Part shown: positions 7,988 to 17,389 of the stretch, one piece after another
How positions within the stretch are numbered: the stretch's first letter is position 1
How the letters are laid out: the number at the start of each line of letters is the position of its first letter
Assembly: GCA_038851325.1 (NCBI GenBank)
Contig: JAWCKZ010000011.1
Location: 1 to 22,123, forward strand
Direction of reading: 5' to 3'
Length of the DNA stretch: 22,123 nucleotides
From: Candidatus Bilamarchaeaceae archaeon
GTDB taxonomy: Archaea; Micrarchaeota; Micrarchaeia; Anstonellales; Bilamarchaeaceae
Position numbers and translations under genes: made by a program
The notes under the pieces: generated by a model
What the model saw: only the letters and a program-made list of their open reading frames with translations
Database searches by the model: none
What the model was told of the DNA's origin: nothing

Positions 7988-9112
7988 CTATATCACCTTT
8001 GTTACAAGCCGCATAAGCATATAAGCCTCCCCACCAAGCACAGTCATCAAGTATCTCACTACAATAATGGTAAGGGAAAACGCAATAAACGGATGGAGAA
8101 TGAGCGCTATGTATGTTTTTGATATGGAATCCTTGAGATTGCCTAACTGAAGCTCCGAACCGCCTGTTGCTGCGGCCGAGTGCTCCATAGTGGTATAGAT
8201 TGCCGTTGCAGCACCCATTGTTGGGTAGCAATATTGCGAGATTTCTTGTTTGGTAGGCTCTGGCACAGTAACACCAACAAAACCTGGATCTAGGAGCACA
8301 AAGATTACCGGAAAAACAAAGTATAAGCCTATAGCAAGTGAAATAAAGAATGCACCAACGCCCCTTGTGAACTTGAAGCTTCTCAATAAGATACCGACAG
8401 GTAGGAAAACATGAATCATGTTCGCCTTTATATATGAAAGAAGGTATGACTGGGCATTTAGTGATATCAATAAAACGGTTGCAATATTGTTTATAATTCT
8501 AGCGTCCTCAACTTCTTTATTTATGTGCCCGATCCATTCGCCCTTGAAAATGGTAAGCCCAAAGATGCTTGTTGCAAAGTTCCTAAAATTAAATGTTGCC
8601 CAGGTCTCTGCGCCAGTCGCAACCGCTGCCTGCGTCTTCGCTATTTGAAATGCCCTTTCCTTTATCCTGCATCGCACTCCGTCTATGAGTTGGTCCATCC
8701 CAACTTCTTTTGATATTTCCAGATGCATTGGTGTTTTACACAGGAAGGTAACTGTTGCTTCCTCGGCATACCCTCCCTCGGGCGTCTCACCTGCGCCCAT
8801 AGCGAGAATAGTTGCAGCAAGTCCGATGGCGCCATGAACAAGTAGAACAAGAAATATTGCCATAAAAGCCGTTGCAGCTGCCTCGAGCATCTCTCCCTTT
8901 GCACTCCTTTCAAGTTCTGGAATATTGAACCCCCTTGCAAACATAAGTATTATAGTATATATCATAATCGAAACAAAAACGGCAAGAAGAACAAGCGGAA
9001 GCCATATAATATTCCAAGCGTTCCCCAGACCCAAATCGCCAAAAAAAGATTGAACTGAAAGCAGAGGCAAGATAATCGGAAAAATGTTGTAATTTTCATT
9101 TAACACTTTCAT
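7988..9112 (-). CDS. Polytopic membrane protein, paralog 6 (CedA/VirB6-like motifs)
   Basis: Motifs IPELERSAKGEM, FLPVGILLRSFKFTRGVGAFFISLAIGLYFVFP and C-terminal LMTVLGGE. Confidence 0.85.
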   Translation of the reverse strand: MKVLNENYNIFPIILPLLSVQSFFGDLGLGNAWNIIWLPLVLLAVFVSIMIYTIILMFARGFNIPELERSAKGEMLEAAATAFMAIFLVLLVHGAIGLAATILAMGAGETPEGGYAEEATVTFLCKTPMHLEISKEVGMDQLIDGVRCRIKERAFQIAKTQAAVATGAETWATFNFRNFATSIFGLTIFKGEWIGHINKEVEDARIINNIATVLLISLNAQSYLLSYIKANMIHVFLPVGILLRSFKFTRGVGAFFISLAIGLYFVFPVIFVLLDPGFVGVTVPEPTKQEISQYCYPTMGAATAIYTTMEHSAAATGGSELQLGNLKDSISKTYIALILHPFIAFSLTIIVVRYLMTVLGGEAYMLMRLVTKVI

Positions 9113-9114
9113 GC

Positions 9115-10176
9115 TTACACCATTTGCATTATCCTACTCAAGTCCACCTCTTCTCCATAGAACCTTGAAAGATAGACTGTTGATGCTATTGTAGCAAGCA
9201 GCGCGATGGATGGTAAAAATGTTGCCGCAATAAATGCGTGCGCACTGAATGCGATTACGTGCATGATGTTATCTTCCTTGAGCTTGTATCTCTTTATGAG
9301 CGCTTCCTCGTCCCACGACAAGCCAAGGGATGCGCCCGCCGCGAGGGTATTTGGATAAATTTCCTCTTTGGTATATTCGGTTAGGTCGGCTCCAGCGTAC
9401 ATGTTCCCACCAGAGGTGTTCACAAGACTGTCTCCTGCGATATCAAATACTGCCAGAATAATAGGATAAATAAACATAAACGAGAGCGCTACTGCAATCA
9501 AAACAGAACCGAATGTGCGGAGATAAGGAAGAGAGCGAGTGAATATACCGATCGGAAGAAGGAAGAGAACAAAACCATGGTAGACATACCTTAAGATGAA
9601 GAGATAGTTCAATGCCATAAGATAAGAGACTATGGTTGCATTGAACATTGTTGTGAGGGCACCATTTATCGCAGCATAACCGCCAAATGGCGAAAGATTA
9701 TTCCCGCTATAACCATAGCCGCACCCTGAGAGGAACGGTAGAACCATGGTGGTAACAGGACCGCTCTCTACAAGAGAAGCACATTTAAAAGCGCCTGTAT
9801 ATGCGAGAACGGTGTAGCCGTCAAGATGATAGCGCACGACCTTTAATGCGTTATGTGCATAAGCAGCTGCACCGACCAAATAATGCTCTGCTGATGCATA
9901 GATAGATGCTGTCCCAGGATAATCCACACCAAACAGATTAGCTATTTCCTTAATATCGATAGTACAATAAACGTTCATCATAAGCGCTATGAGAAAAAGA
10001 GTTATGAAGGAAACGATAAGTTGCACTGCTTCTGTTTTCGCCCACACTGTAAGTTTAGGATTGCTAAGCGCATTCCCGACCATATAGGAGCCACCTATAG
10101 TGATGGCTGTTATAACCGCTGCGTATGCGGAGAGCGCGTATATATTCGAGAGTTCAAATGTGCAGAAATCTGTCAT
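9115..10176 (-). CDS. Polytopic membrane protein, paralog 5
   Basis: Motifs YMVGNALSNPKLTVWAKTEA, LLPIGIFTRSLPYLRTFGSVLIAVALSFMFIYP and LSRFYGEEVDL. Confidence 0.9.
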   Translation of the reverse strand: MTDFCTFELSNIYALSAYAAVITAITIGGSYMVGNALSNPKLTVWAKTEAVQLIVSFITLFLIALMMNVYCTIDIKEIANLFGVDYPGTASIYASAEHYLVGAAAYAHNALKVVRYHLDGYTVLAYTGAFKCASLVESGPVTTMVLPFLSGCGYGYSGNNLSPFGGYAAINGALTTMFNATIVSYLMALNYLFILRYVYHGFVLFLLPIGIFTRSLPYLRTFGSVLIAVALSFMFIYPIILAVFDIAGDSLVNTSGGNMYAGADLTEYTKEEIYPNTLAAGASLGLSWDEEALIKRYKLKEDNIMHVIAFSAHAFIAATFLPSIALLATIASTVYLSRFYGEEVDLSRIMQMV

Positions 10177-11192
10177 CAGAAAAACCTCGCGATTGCACTC
10201 ACATCAACAGGAGCGCCGAACACTACCGTAAGGGCACGTAGTCCAGTTATGAACAACAGCAACGAGAGCAACGGTCCAAGCGTCCCCTTAATTAGAACTA
10301 TGTATACGTACTTCTTAAGCTCACCTCTCATATTATTAAATGAGTCAACAGCGCTTTTTCCAACATCTATCCAGGTTCTGCCAGCCTCGCACTCTTTAAT
10401 ATTCACGTTAGCCGGTTCTTCAAAGTAGATAGAGGATGCTTTCAGAGATGAATGCGCATTAGGATCGCTGTGCACAACGTAATCAAACTTATCGCATAGC
10501 ATGTCAACAAATACAATACCAAGAGGAACGAGTATATAAAGCGCAATTCCAAGTGCTATCAGAAATCCTCCTGCACCGCGTGTAAACCTGAACGTCCTTA
10601 AAAGGATACCGAATGGTAATAACAAAGAGAGTGCAAACTGTTTTGATACTGATATTATCTTTTGTACGGATGAGATCTCAGCAATTGCGAAACTGATTAT
10701 GGAGCCGGCCATTCCAAGAGGAGTGGTTAGCATGGAGTAGCCGCCGCATGCGCTCACTCCGTAGCCTCCTCCAGCAATAATACAAGAGTCGCTCCTTGAG
10801 GCCTCCATAGAACTGGCCTTGTCCATGGAAGCAACTTTTTCTAAACAAGTTGAAAGGTTATTCAAAGTTTCATTAAGGCTTTTGGCAGCAGCATCTTGAA
10901 GCGTCGGTTCACCTCGTGCGAATTCAGCTGAGCCGGAGATTGCGTTAAGCACGCCATCTGCTCCTAAAAGTCCGATAATCAAAATAACAACCACAAGAAG
11001 TTGGAATAGCTCTTCCTTTGCCAGCACCTTCAATTCGTTAACATCAAAGCCGATACCAATTGCGTATACGACTGCAATAAGAATGACAGACAGCATGGTC
11101 GCTCCTGCCGCCAGCTCGAGCCACCCTGCTGATGAAACTGAACAAAGGAAAAGAAGCGCAGAGGCAATTACACACCAACGCAGCTCTCTCAT
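10176..11192 (-). CDS. Polytopic membrane protein, paralog 4
   Basis: Signal peptide plus YAIGIGFDVNELKVLAKEEL, LLPFGILLRTFRFTRGAGGFLIALGIALYILVP and LTVVFGAPVDV. Confidence 0.9.
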   Translation of the reverse strand: MRELRWCVIASALLFLCSVSSAGWLELAAGATMLSVILIAVVYAIGIGFDVNELKVLAKEELFQLLVVVILIIGLLGADGVLNAISGSAEFARGEPTLQDAAAKSLNETLNNLSTCLEKVASMDKASSMEASRSDSCIIAGGGYGVSACGGYSMLTTPLGMAGSIISFAIAEISSVQKIISVSKQFALSLLLPFGILLRTFRFTRGAGGFLIALGIALYILVPLGIVFVDMLCDKFDYVVHSDPNAHSSLKASSIYFEEPANVNIKECEAGRTWIDVGKSAVDSFNNMRGELKKYVYIVLIKGTLGPLLSLLLFITGLRALTVVFGAPVDVSAIARFF

Positions 11193-11193
11193 C

Positions 11194-13260
11194 TCAGAAC
11201 ACCTTTGAAATTCCAGGTATCTCTATATCTCCTCCGAGTATTGCGGACAAGCTTAAAATGAATATCAACGTTGCGGTAATGTTAAATAAAGGAAGAAGGT
11301 ATGCGGGAACCATGTACTTTGAAACATTCTGAATTTCAGAAAAGCCAACAAGGTCTTCCTCACCTGTCTTCATAAAATCACTAACAGATTTTGTTGGTAT
11401 TTTCGTGCTCGGTTTGCATAGTTCTCCACATTCTGTGTTTATGGGAGGGTCATACAAAAAGCTCTCAGAAACGTCCAGGCATTGTTCACAGGCCGATCGT
11501 GGAATCGCGACCCTGTATTCCGCAGGGCAGGCGTCAAGCGAGCACTCACCACTCAAATAGTCAGGAGGAAGAAAACCGCCAAGAAGCCTCTTCTCAGGAG
11601 GACAATTTAAACACAGAGAAGATGGAGGCTGTGGACCCTTCGCTTCGATAGCATTCCTGTCTACCATGCATGTTGGATGGCACCTCGCGCAAGCATCTAG
11701 GAGGTCGCCCTCATCATAAGGCGGTGAGCTTTCGCTCTTAAAGCAATCGCTCGGGAGATTCGAAAACTGTGCTCCTGAGATTCTACAGTACACAGGGCAA
11801 CCAGCGCACAAGGAATCGCAGCTTCCTGTTTCTGGTATAACCCATGTGCATGATTCGTAGGCATCCAAGCTCGCAGGGCAATCGCTCGCGTACTCATGGC
11901 ATCTTTCATGACCGGAGATGTCCTTGCTTACACTTGGCCTCCAAGAAAGATCTGTTCGCTTCGCAACCCTGCAATCAAATCTTGATTCCAAGCATCGTCC
12001 GATGCTGCAGTTTCCTTTGAGAGGAGGAACAATCTTGCACTCTGCCGGACATACAGCGTATTCCGGATTGATTAATGAGTTTGTTCCATTTGGTATAAGC
12101 CGAATACTCTTACACCTATCATTAAGGGCTGCGCATGCGCTCCTGTTTTCAAGGTCAGCGCACGCAGGTACAGAAGCTGGATATGGAAGTTCCCTGCACA
12201 CCGGAGGACAGCCTACGCCGTCATCAGGGTTCTCATCGTAATTGCACGAGTAAAAGGTTTCCGTACCGTTCGAAAGGGACTGTATACTTCCTTCCACAAG
12301 ACCAAATGCCTCGTCACGCAGCTCTTCAGGAAACATGGCGTAGAGCTCGCTCTCGTCTTTGACCACGCCCTCTGAATAGTATGCAATAGGCGTTGCTGCC
12401 ATGCATTCCGGCGGGCAAAGGCTGGGATCACCCATTGCTGAGTTATCACCTGAGATCATCATGTCGAGCGTCATCCAGTCAAACACGTACATCATTGGCA
12501 AAAAGAACATAACTCCGGCAGCTATTGCTATAAGAAGCCCGCCGGTTTTTCTGGTCAGGAAAAAGGAGCGCGCCACTATACCGAGCGCAAGCACTATAGG
12601 ACCAACCTTGAACGCGTACTGCTCAAGGAAAAATTTTTGTGCATAGAGCGCAGAGAGTATATTTGTATAATATTCGTATACTATAGCGTAGCGGTCCACA
12701 TCCAGCATGTAATGCGCGCCAAGGGTTGTGGAGATACCAAGTTGCGCAAGTATAATACTGGTAGCGTATATCCCAATTCCTCTTCCAGTCCACGCTCCAG
12801 CTTTCATAGAATTTTGAAGGGTGTCATATGCTCCTGCTTCCGCGCCGTCTATTGAGGAATTTATGTACTTTACAGCAACTTGCTGAAGGCAGTTTTGCCC
12901 AATCCCGCAGGCCATCACCCCACTCTCGGTTATCATGGCTGCAGTTAATCCATCAAGAAAGGCTATCGCTCCCACAAGAGCAAGGATTATGATTGCAGTC
13001 GAGAATACTTGCACCAATTCTGTTCTTGCCCATCCCTTTAGCTCGGGTAGTTCAAGACCAATTGAAAGGGCATATGCGATGGCAACGAGCACAATTGATG
13101 TAATAATGGCCAAAGCTGAGAGTGCATGCCAACTGCTTACAAGCTCCATCGGAAAGGCACTGGTCCGTTCCTCGAACTCTTTCGATAGTCCTGCCTGCTG
13201 GACTGAAAGTGGCAGAAGCGCAAGGAAAAAAATGATAGCAACCAAAAACCTTTTTGTCAT
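11194..13260 (-). CDS. Polytopic membrane protein, paralog 3, with a large Cys-rich loop insert
   Basis: YALSIGLELPELKGWARTEL, VLALGIVARSFFLTRKTGGLLIAIAAGVMFFLP, an insert of about 335 aa with CPxxC-type repeats, and LSAILGGDIEIPG. Confidence 0.9.
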   Translation of the reverse strand: MTKRFLVAIIFFLALLPLSVQQAGLSKEFEERTSAFPMELVSSWHALSALAIITSIVLVAIAYALSIGLELPELKGWARTELVQVFSTAIIILALVGAIAFLDGLTAAMITESGVMACGIGQNCLQQVAVKYINSSIDGAEAGAYDTLQNSMKAGAWTGRGIGIYATSIILAQLGISTTLGAHYMLDVDRYAIVYEYYTNILSALYAQKFFLEQYAFKVGPIVLALGIVARSFFLTRKTGGLLIAIAAGVMFFLPMMYVFDWMTLDMMISGDNSAMGDPSLCPPECMAATPIAYYSEGVVKDESELYAMFPEELRDEAFGLVEGSIQSLSNGTETFYSCNYDENPDDGVGCPPVCRELPYPASVPACADLENRSACAALNDRCKSIRLIPNGTNSLINPEYAVCPAECKIVPPLKGNCSIGRCLESRFDCRVAKRTDLSWRPSVSKDISGHERCHEYASDCPASLDAYESCTWVIPETGSCDSLCAGCPVYCRISGAQFSNLPSDCFKSESSPPYDEGDLLDACARCHPTCMVDRNAIEAKGPQPPSSLCLNCPPEKRLLGGFLPPDYLSGECSLDACPAEYRVAIPRSACEQCLDVSESFLYDPPINTECGELCKPSTKIPTKSVSDFMKTGEEDLVGFSEIQNVSKYMVPAYLLPLFNITATLIFILSLSAILGGDIEIPGISKVF

Positions 13261-14231
13261 CCTATCACTCTAAGGGCTTTATTTATTGCAACCAGGAACG
13301 TTATCAGGAGAGCAATTGTAAGATTTGGAATGAAAAATCCCTGTGGCATAATTGCAGCTACCTCCCAGAAACTGATTGGTTTTCCGCATCCTTCGAACAC
13401 AGCGTCGTTGATCACGTCTGCGTATCTCTCGCAGTCTTGCGCAAGAACATCATACATAGCAAGATTAAACACGTATATAAACGGAACAAGAACATGAAGG
13501 CCCACCCCTAGCGCAATAAGCATGTTTCCCATTTGCCGTGTTGGAATAAAAACTCTCATTAAGAATGCGAGCGGAAGCAGCCATTTCACAAATTCTACTG
13601 CAACAAGAGTAAGGAACAACTTTTGTATATTTATGCTTACGAGTGCAGGAAAGATGAATGTGTTGAGAACAAGGTCATACTGTGCTGAATAAATTCTTTT
13701 GTATGCTTTTGCAGTAACTGTGTAAGAGTTCATTATTGGAATGCTAACAGAAAATGTGCTCGCAGAAGCCATAAGTTCATCTATGTATTTATCTAGATAC
13801 ATCTCTGCAAGCCCTTTTGTCTTTGCATCCATCATATTGAGATAGCATAACGAAACCGAACTCATACTTGCATGCTCATCATAGCATTGCGTTGTCCCAA
13901 GCTGCTTGAGCGTTGCGCTATAGAACATCTCCGTTGCACTGCAAGTAAAAAGAAGCGCTGTACCAAAGATCGCAAGGAGAACAAGTGAAAAACCAAGATG
14001 GTACATTTCATCTTTTGCGAAAACAATAAAGTTTGGATTACCAGTGAAAGTACCAACCATATACGCCAAGGCTATAATGAGTGCGGTGAACATGAGAACA
14101 AGAGCAATTAACCCGCCCTGCTCATGAATTATCCATCCTGTCGCATCCTGGATGCAGTTGATGGCATGCGAAGTTGAGACAAACGCAAGCAAACAAACAA
14201 TATACAAACATATTGAGAATGTACCTTTCAT
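13257..14231 (-). CDS. Polytopic membrane protein, paralog 2
   Basis: Signal peptide, YMVGTFTGNPNFIVFAKDEM and LLPLAFLMRVFIPTRQMGNMLIALGVGLHVLVP. SD-like GAGGT upstream; 4-bp overlap with the next gene. Confidence 0.9.
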   Translation of the reverse strand: MKGTFSICLYIVCLLAFVSTSHAINCIQDATGWIIHEQGGLIALVLMFTALIIALAYMVGTFTGNPNFIVFAKDEMYHLGFSLVLLAIFGTALLFTCSATEMFYSATLKQLGTTQCYDEHASMSSVSLCYLNMMDAKTKGLAEMYLDKYIDELMASASTFSVSIPIMNSYTVTAKAYKRIYSAQYDLVLNTFIFPALVSINIQKLFLTLVAVEFVKWLLPLAFLMRVFIPTRQMGNMLIALGVGLHVLVPFIYVFNLAMYDVLAQDCERYADVINDAVFEGCGKPISFWEVAAIMPQGFFIPNLTIALLITFLVAINKALRVIG

Positions 14232-14243
14232 GTCAACCTCTTT

Positions 14244-15452
14244 TCATATCAACCTCTCAATTCCTGGCAGTTGCCACTCTCCACCAAGAGCGGTCGAAAT
14301 ACTCCTAATGCCAGAGGTCGTTATTATCGCTATTACTATTGCATTTACGTATCCAACCAACACCAGGTTACTCACATTTTCTAGGAATGGCCTCAGAATA
14401 TGCCAGACTTCTCTTGCCCATATGCTACCTGCACTTCCAGAGGCTGTAGCTGCCAAATCTGCCCATGCAAGCCATATCCCGGTTATTATTGCTTGAACAC
14501 CATGAAGCACAGTCTGGATAACATGATAAACAACCTGAGAAACAGCTGTATAGCATGCGGCGTAAGCAGGTGGAATTATTACCGCTGGAAGGCAGACCAA
14601 GGCAGCAAAGCCATACTCATTCAGCGTGAGAATAAATCTGTTTGCTGGCATCTGGCAGAAAGCAGACATCGCAATTACTGGCCAGGGATAGGCATCAAGT
14701 CTGCGCAGTTCGTCATTGCTTAAGGCAGGCTGCGGATAATCTATCACTGAATTCATATATCCTATTATTATAACTGAAAGCGGAAGAAGAAGAATTCCGC
14801 CAAGCGCAACTGCGATAAGCGTATTGCCGGCTCTTCTGGTAAATGGAATGAGACGAAGAATAAACGCGAGCGGAAGTACGATTTCTGGAACGGTTGCCTG
14901 ACAGAAGAGAAGAAGAAGACGAATACCTTCATAAAGAAATATCACGTTTGTCAGGCCTTGAGTCGCCATACCAAGAGAGATAAAAATAGGGCCTATACCC
15001 GTCAAGGGAGCGCTTGAGTAGTTAAACGAGAAGAACCACACTGGAATAGTAAGCCAAGTTGAAAATGTTGCGCCGATTCTTATTCTTGCAGCAGCCTTTA
15101 TTATGGATTCGTATGCAACACCATAATCTTCCAGCATGCCATCGATGACGTCTATCGCTATTTGGGTATAATCATCCTTTCCAGTAATTGTTTTGCTCAA
15201 TTCGGTTGTACCGATGAATAGCATAGATATACTTACTATTAGTATTACACCTGTAATAAGCTCTACCAGTTCTCCCTTTGCCCATGCCTTAAGTTGAGGA
15301 TCTGCAAGTGCATCACTTGCCATATAAGAAAGTGCGATACCGATGATGACAAGGACTATTGTAGATGGCACAAGAGGAATAAGGTCAACGTCAGCCGCAG
15401 CGACGACGCCTAATGCAATGAGAAGAGAGAGAAACAGACTGCATGCACGCAT
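14244..15452 (-). CDS. Polytopic membrane protein, paralog 1 (first gene of the operon)
   Basis: Signal peptide plus YMASDALADPQLKAWAKGEL, VLPLAFILRLIPFTRRAGNTLIAVALGGILLLP and ISTALGGEWQLPG. Confidence 0.9.
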   Translation of the reverse strand: MRACSLFLSLLIALGVVAAADVDLIPLVPSTIVLVIIGIALSYMASDALADPQLKAWAKGELVELITGVILIVSISMLFIGTTELSKTITGKDDYTQIAIDVIDGMLEDYGVAYESIIKAAARIRIGATFSTWLTIPVWFFSFNYSSAPLTGIGPIFISLGMATQGLTNVIFLYEGIRLLLLFCQATVPEIVLPLAFILRLIPFTRRAGNTLIAVALGGILLLPLSVIIIGYMNSVIDYPQPALSNDELRRLDAYPWPVIAMSAFCQMPANRFILTLNEYGFAALVCLPAVIIPPAYAACYTAVSQVVYHVIQTVLHGVQAIITGIWLAWADLAATASGSAGSIWAREVWHILRPFLENVSNLVLVGYVNAIVIAIITTSGIRSISTALGGEWQLPGIERLI

Positions 15453-15470
15453 GTATGGCTAAAACAGAGT

Positions 15471-15484
15471 AAATTTATAAATTT
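15471..15484 (-). promoter_or_regulatory. TATA box of the membrane-protein operon (leaderless)
   Basis: Palindromic AAATTTATAAATTT containing TTTATAAA (15474-15481), 22-29 nt upstream of ATG 15452. Confidence 0.7.
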
Positions 15485-15511
15485 ATCAAAGCTCTTACAG
15501 TAGCCTTGAAG

Positions 15512-17263
15512 TTAGTAGCCTGGAAGCTCTAGGAGATGTATACGAGTGACATGCGCATTGTCTGTCCCAAATACATTGTTCAGAAGTCTTCCTTCTGGTG
15601 TAATCCATGTACCAAGATAGTCCCATTTTCCATTCTCTTTTGGAGCAAAAACCTGCATCACAAAGCTGGGTGCTTTTCTATATAGGCCGTATGCTCTAAT
15701 CACTTGGTCGAGTGATTTTGATGGACCGACAAATATGTCTCCATAGTCTATTATACCTGTCTCCGTGTCTGTCCAATAGCCGACTACAACATGCGGCTCC
15801 TTGGTTGTGCTAACAGCAAAGGCAGCAGCGCCAATGCCATTCTTTTTCAGAAAAAGCGCTGTAAGTGCATGAATACCAGTACACATCGTTATACCATTCT
15901 TAAGCTCTTCGGGCATTCCTTCGTAAGTTCCATGTGTTTCGTACCATTCCACATATCGCTTCAGAAAACCAAGTATGTCATCGTAGCTCGCGTTTGCGAC
16001 ATCCTTTACTGCTTGGTCAAAAAACTTCCATTGCATGAGCGCCTCTTCTGCTTTGTTTGCATAAGCAACCTCAGCAAGCGTTCTGCTAAGCCATCTTGCA
16101 ACCGTTATTATTTCTTCTTTTGATGCACCTTCGTATCTCGCTGCAAAATCCGCCATGCTGCCGTTGCTTGCAAGAAGGTTTGCCTTTGCTTCTTCTTCCC
16201 ATGTTCTTTCCTGAGGCGTTAGCGGTCTAAGGTTCGGCGGACTGTTTATATCTGTCTGAAGAGGAATACCGCCTGGCTGATATCGCTCATAGGTAGCAGT
16301 GTACGATTGGCGCATTCCGCTATCAGTGATGTAGTGAAGACTCAAGAATGCTTGCGCCATGAGGTCTGTGCGACCGCCGAGCTCTGGCGAGAGGTGAGTA
16401 AAACCGAGCCCGCCGCTTACTCGCCCCTTAAGTTTCTTTATTATCTTAAATTCTGTTCCAAAAAGAAATCCTGCCTTGCTCTGAATTCTTTCGTAGCCAT
16501 AATACAACTTCCCAATCATGTCATTTAATTTAAGAACCACGCCGCCTTCTACTCCCTGAAATTTTGGGGTGTAGTAACCAACATAAGCAGTTTGCATCGC
16601 GTTACCGGCTGCGAGATAACTTTGAACAAGTGTATAGAGATAGACTGTCTCCTTTATGTTGAACGATACGCCGCCCATTATGTTAGCGTAGATATTGTCA
16701 TAAGTGGGGTAAGAAAGCGCGCCACCAGCGATTGCGCCTATATCAAAGCCCCAGTTGGCAAACTGCTTTCCGTAACCAAGATAGAGCGAGTGTGATGTAT
16801 GGAGATACGAATTAAGATGAGTAAAACCAAGTTTTCCAAGATAACCAAACTTCACGCCCTTCATCTCAAGCCCGGGCGCGGTAGAGAGAACAAAATAAGG
16901 TGCCGTAAGCTCGCCAAAAGTTATAACCCCAAAATCCCCACCAATCCATCTGTTGTAGCTAACTCGCCCTCCGATCGCTGCTCCGCCTTCGTTTGTGAAA
17001 ACCTGTCCGCTCAGAGAGAGGTTTGCTAGTTTTTTTGCATTGCCATCAACAGTTGTACCTTCAATGCTCGTTTTAACGCTTTCTGCAGAGACTGGCTTTG
17101 AGTGAAGAAAGCCGCCAGCAGGGGGAGAGGCAAGTGCAATCGTTACAAGAGGTGTAAGCGCCTTTCTCAAAAATCTTTTTATAAATAGTTGCCTGCGTTC
17201 TCCATCTCTCTTATCGACGTCTGCGAATTTACACCTTTGAGTATACTTCAGTCTCATATTCAC
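15512..17263 (-). CDS. Secreted protein with a beta-strand-rich N-terminal half and a C-terminal transglutaminase-like (Cys-His-Asp) domain
   Basis: Basic leader plus hydrophobic stretch; Gly/aromatic alternating strands at about aa 80-330; GITMCTGIHAL...EPHVVVGY...GIIDYG triad pattern. The start may be ATG two codons downstream (MRLKY). TATA-like TTTAAAA at about 17291-17297. Confidence 0.8.
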   Translation of the reverse strand: MNMRLKYTQRCKFADVDKRDGERRQLFIKRFLRKALTPLVTIALASPPAGGFLHSKPVSAESVKTSIEGTTVDGNAKKLANLSLSGQVFTNEGGAAIGGRVSYNRWIGGDFGVITFGELTAPYFVLSTAPGLEMKGVKFGYLGKLGFTHLNSYLHTSHSLYLGYGKQFANWGFDIGAIAGGALSYPTYDNIYANIMGGVSFNIKETVYLYTLVQSYLAAGNAMQTAYVGYYTPKFQGVEGGVVLKLNDMIGKLYYGYERIQSKAGFLFGTEFKIIKKLKGRVSGGLGFTHLSPELGGRTDLMAQAFLSLHYITDSGMRQSYTATYERYQPGGIPLQTDINSPPNLRPLTPQERTWEEEAKANLLASNGSMADFAARYEGASKEEIITVARWLSRTLAEVAYANKAEEALMQWKFFDQAVKDVANASYDDILGFLKRYVEWYETHGTYEGMPEELKNGITMCTGIHALTALFLKKNGIGAAAFAVSTTKEPHVVVGYWTDTETGIIDYGDIFVGPSKSLDQVIRAYGLYRKAPSFVMQVFAPKENGKWDYLGTWITPEGRLLNNVFGTDNAHVTRIHLLELPGY

Positions 17264-17389
17264 ACCCTATTCTATGTTGACACAAAGTGGTTTTAAACCT
17301 ATTGTAACACCAATGATAACGCAGCGCAGATTCAGGTTCTGTTAACTTATTGTAGGTAATTAATCTTCTACTTAAAAGAACTCTAAAGC

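Noticed and set aside
4201..17029. Many + strand and nested alternate-frame ORFs within the large genes
   Set aside because: Shadows of long, tightly coupled minus-strand genes.
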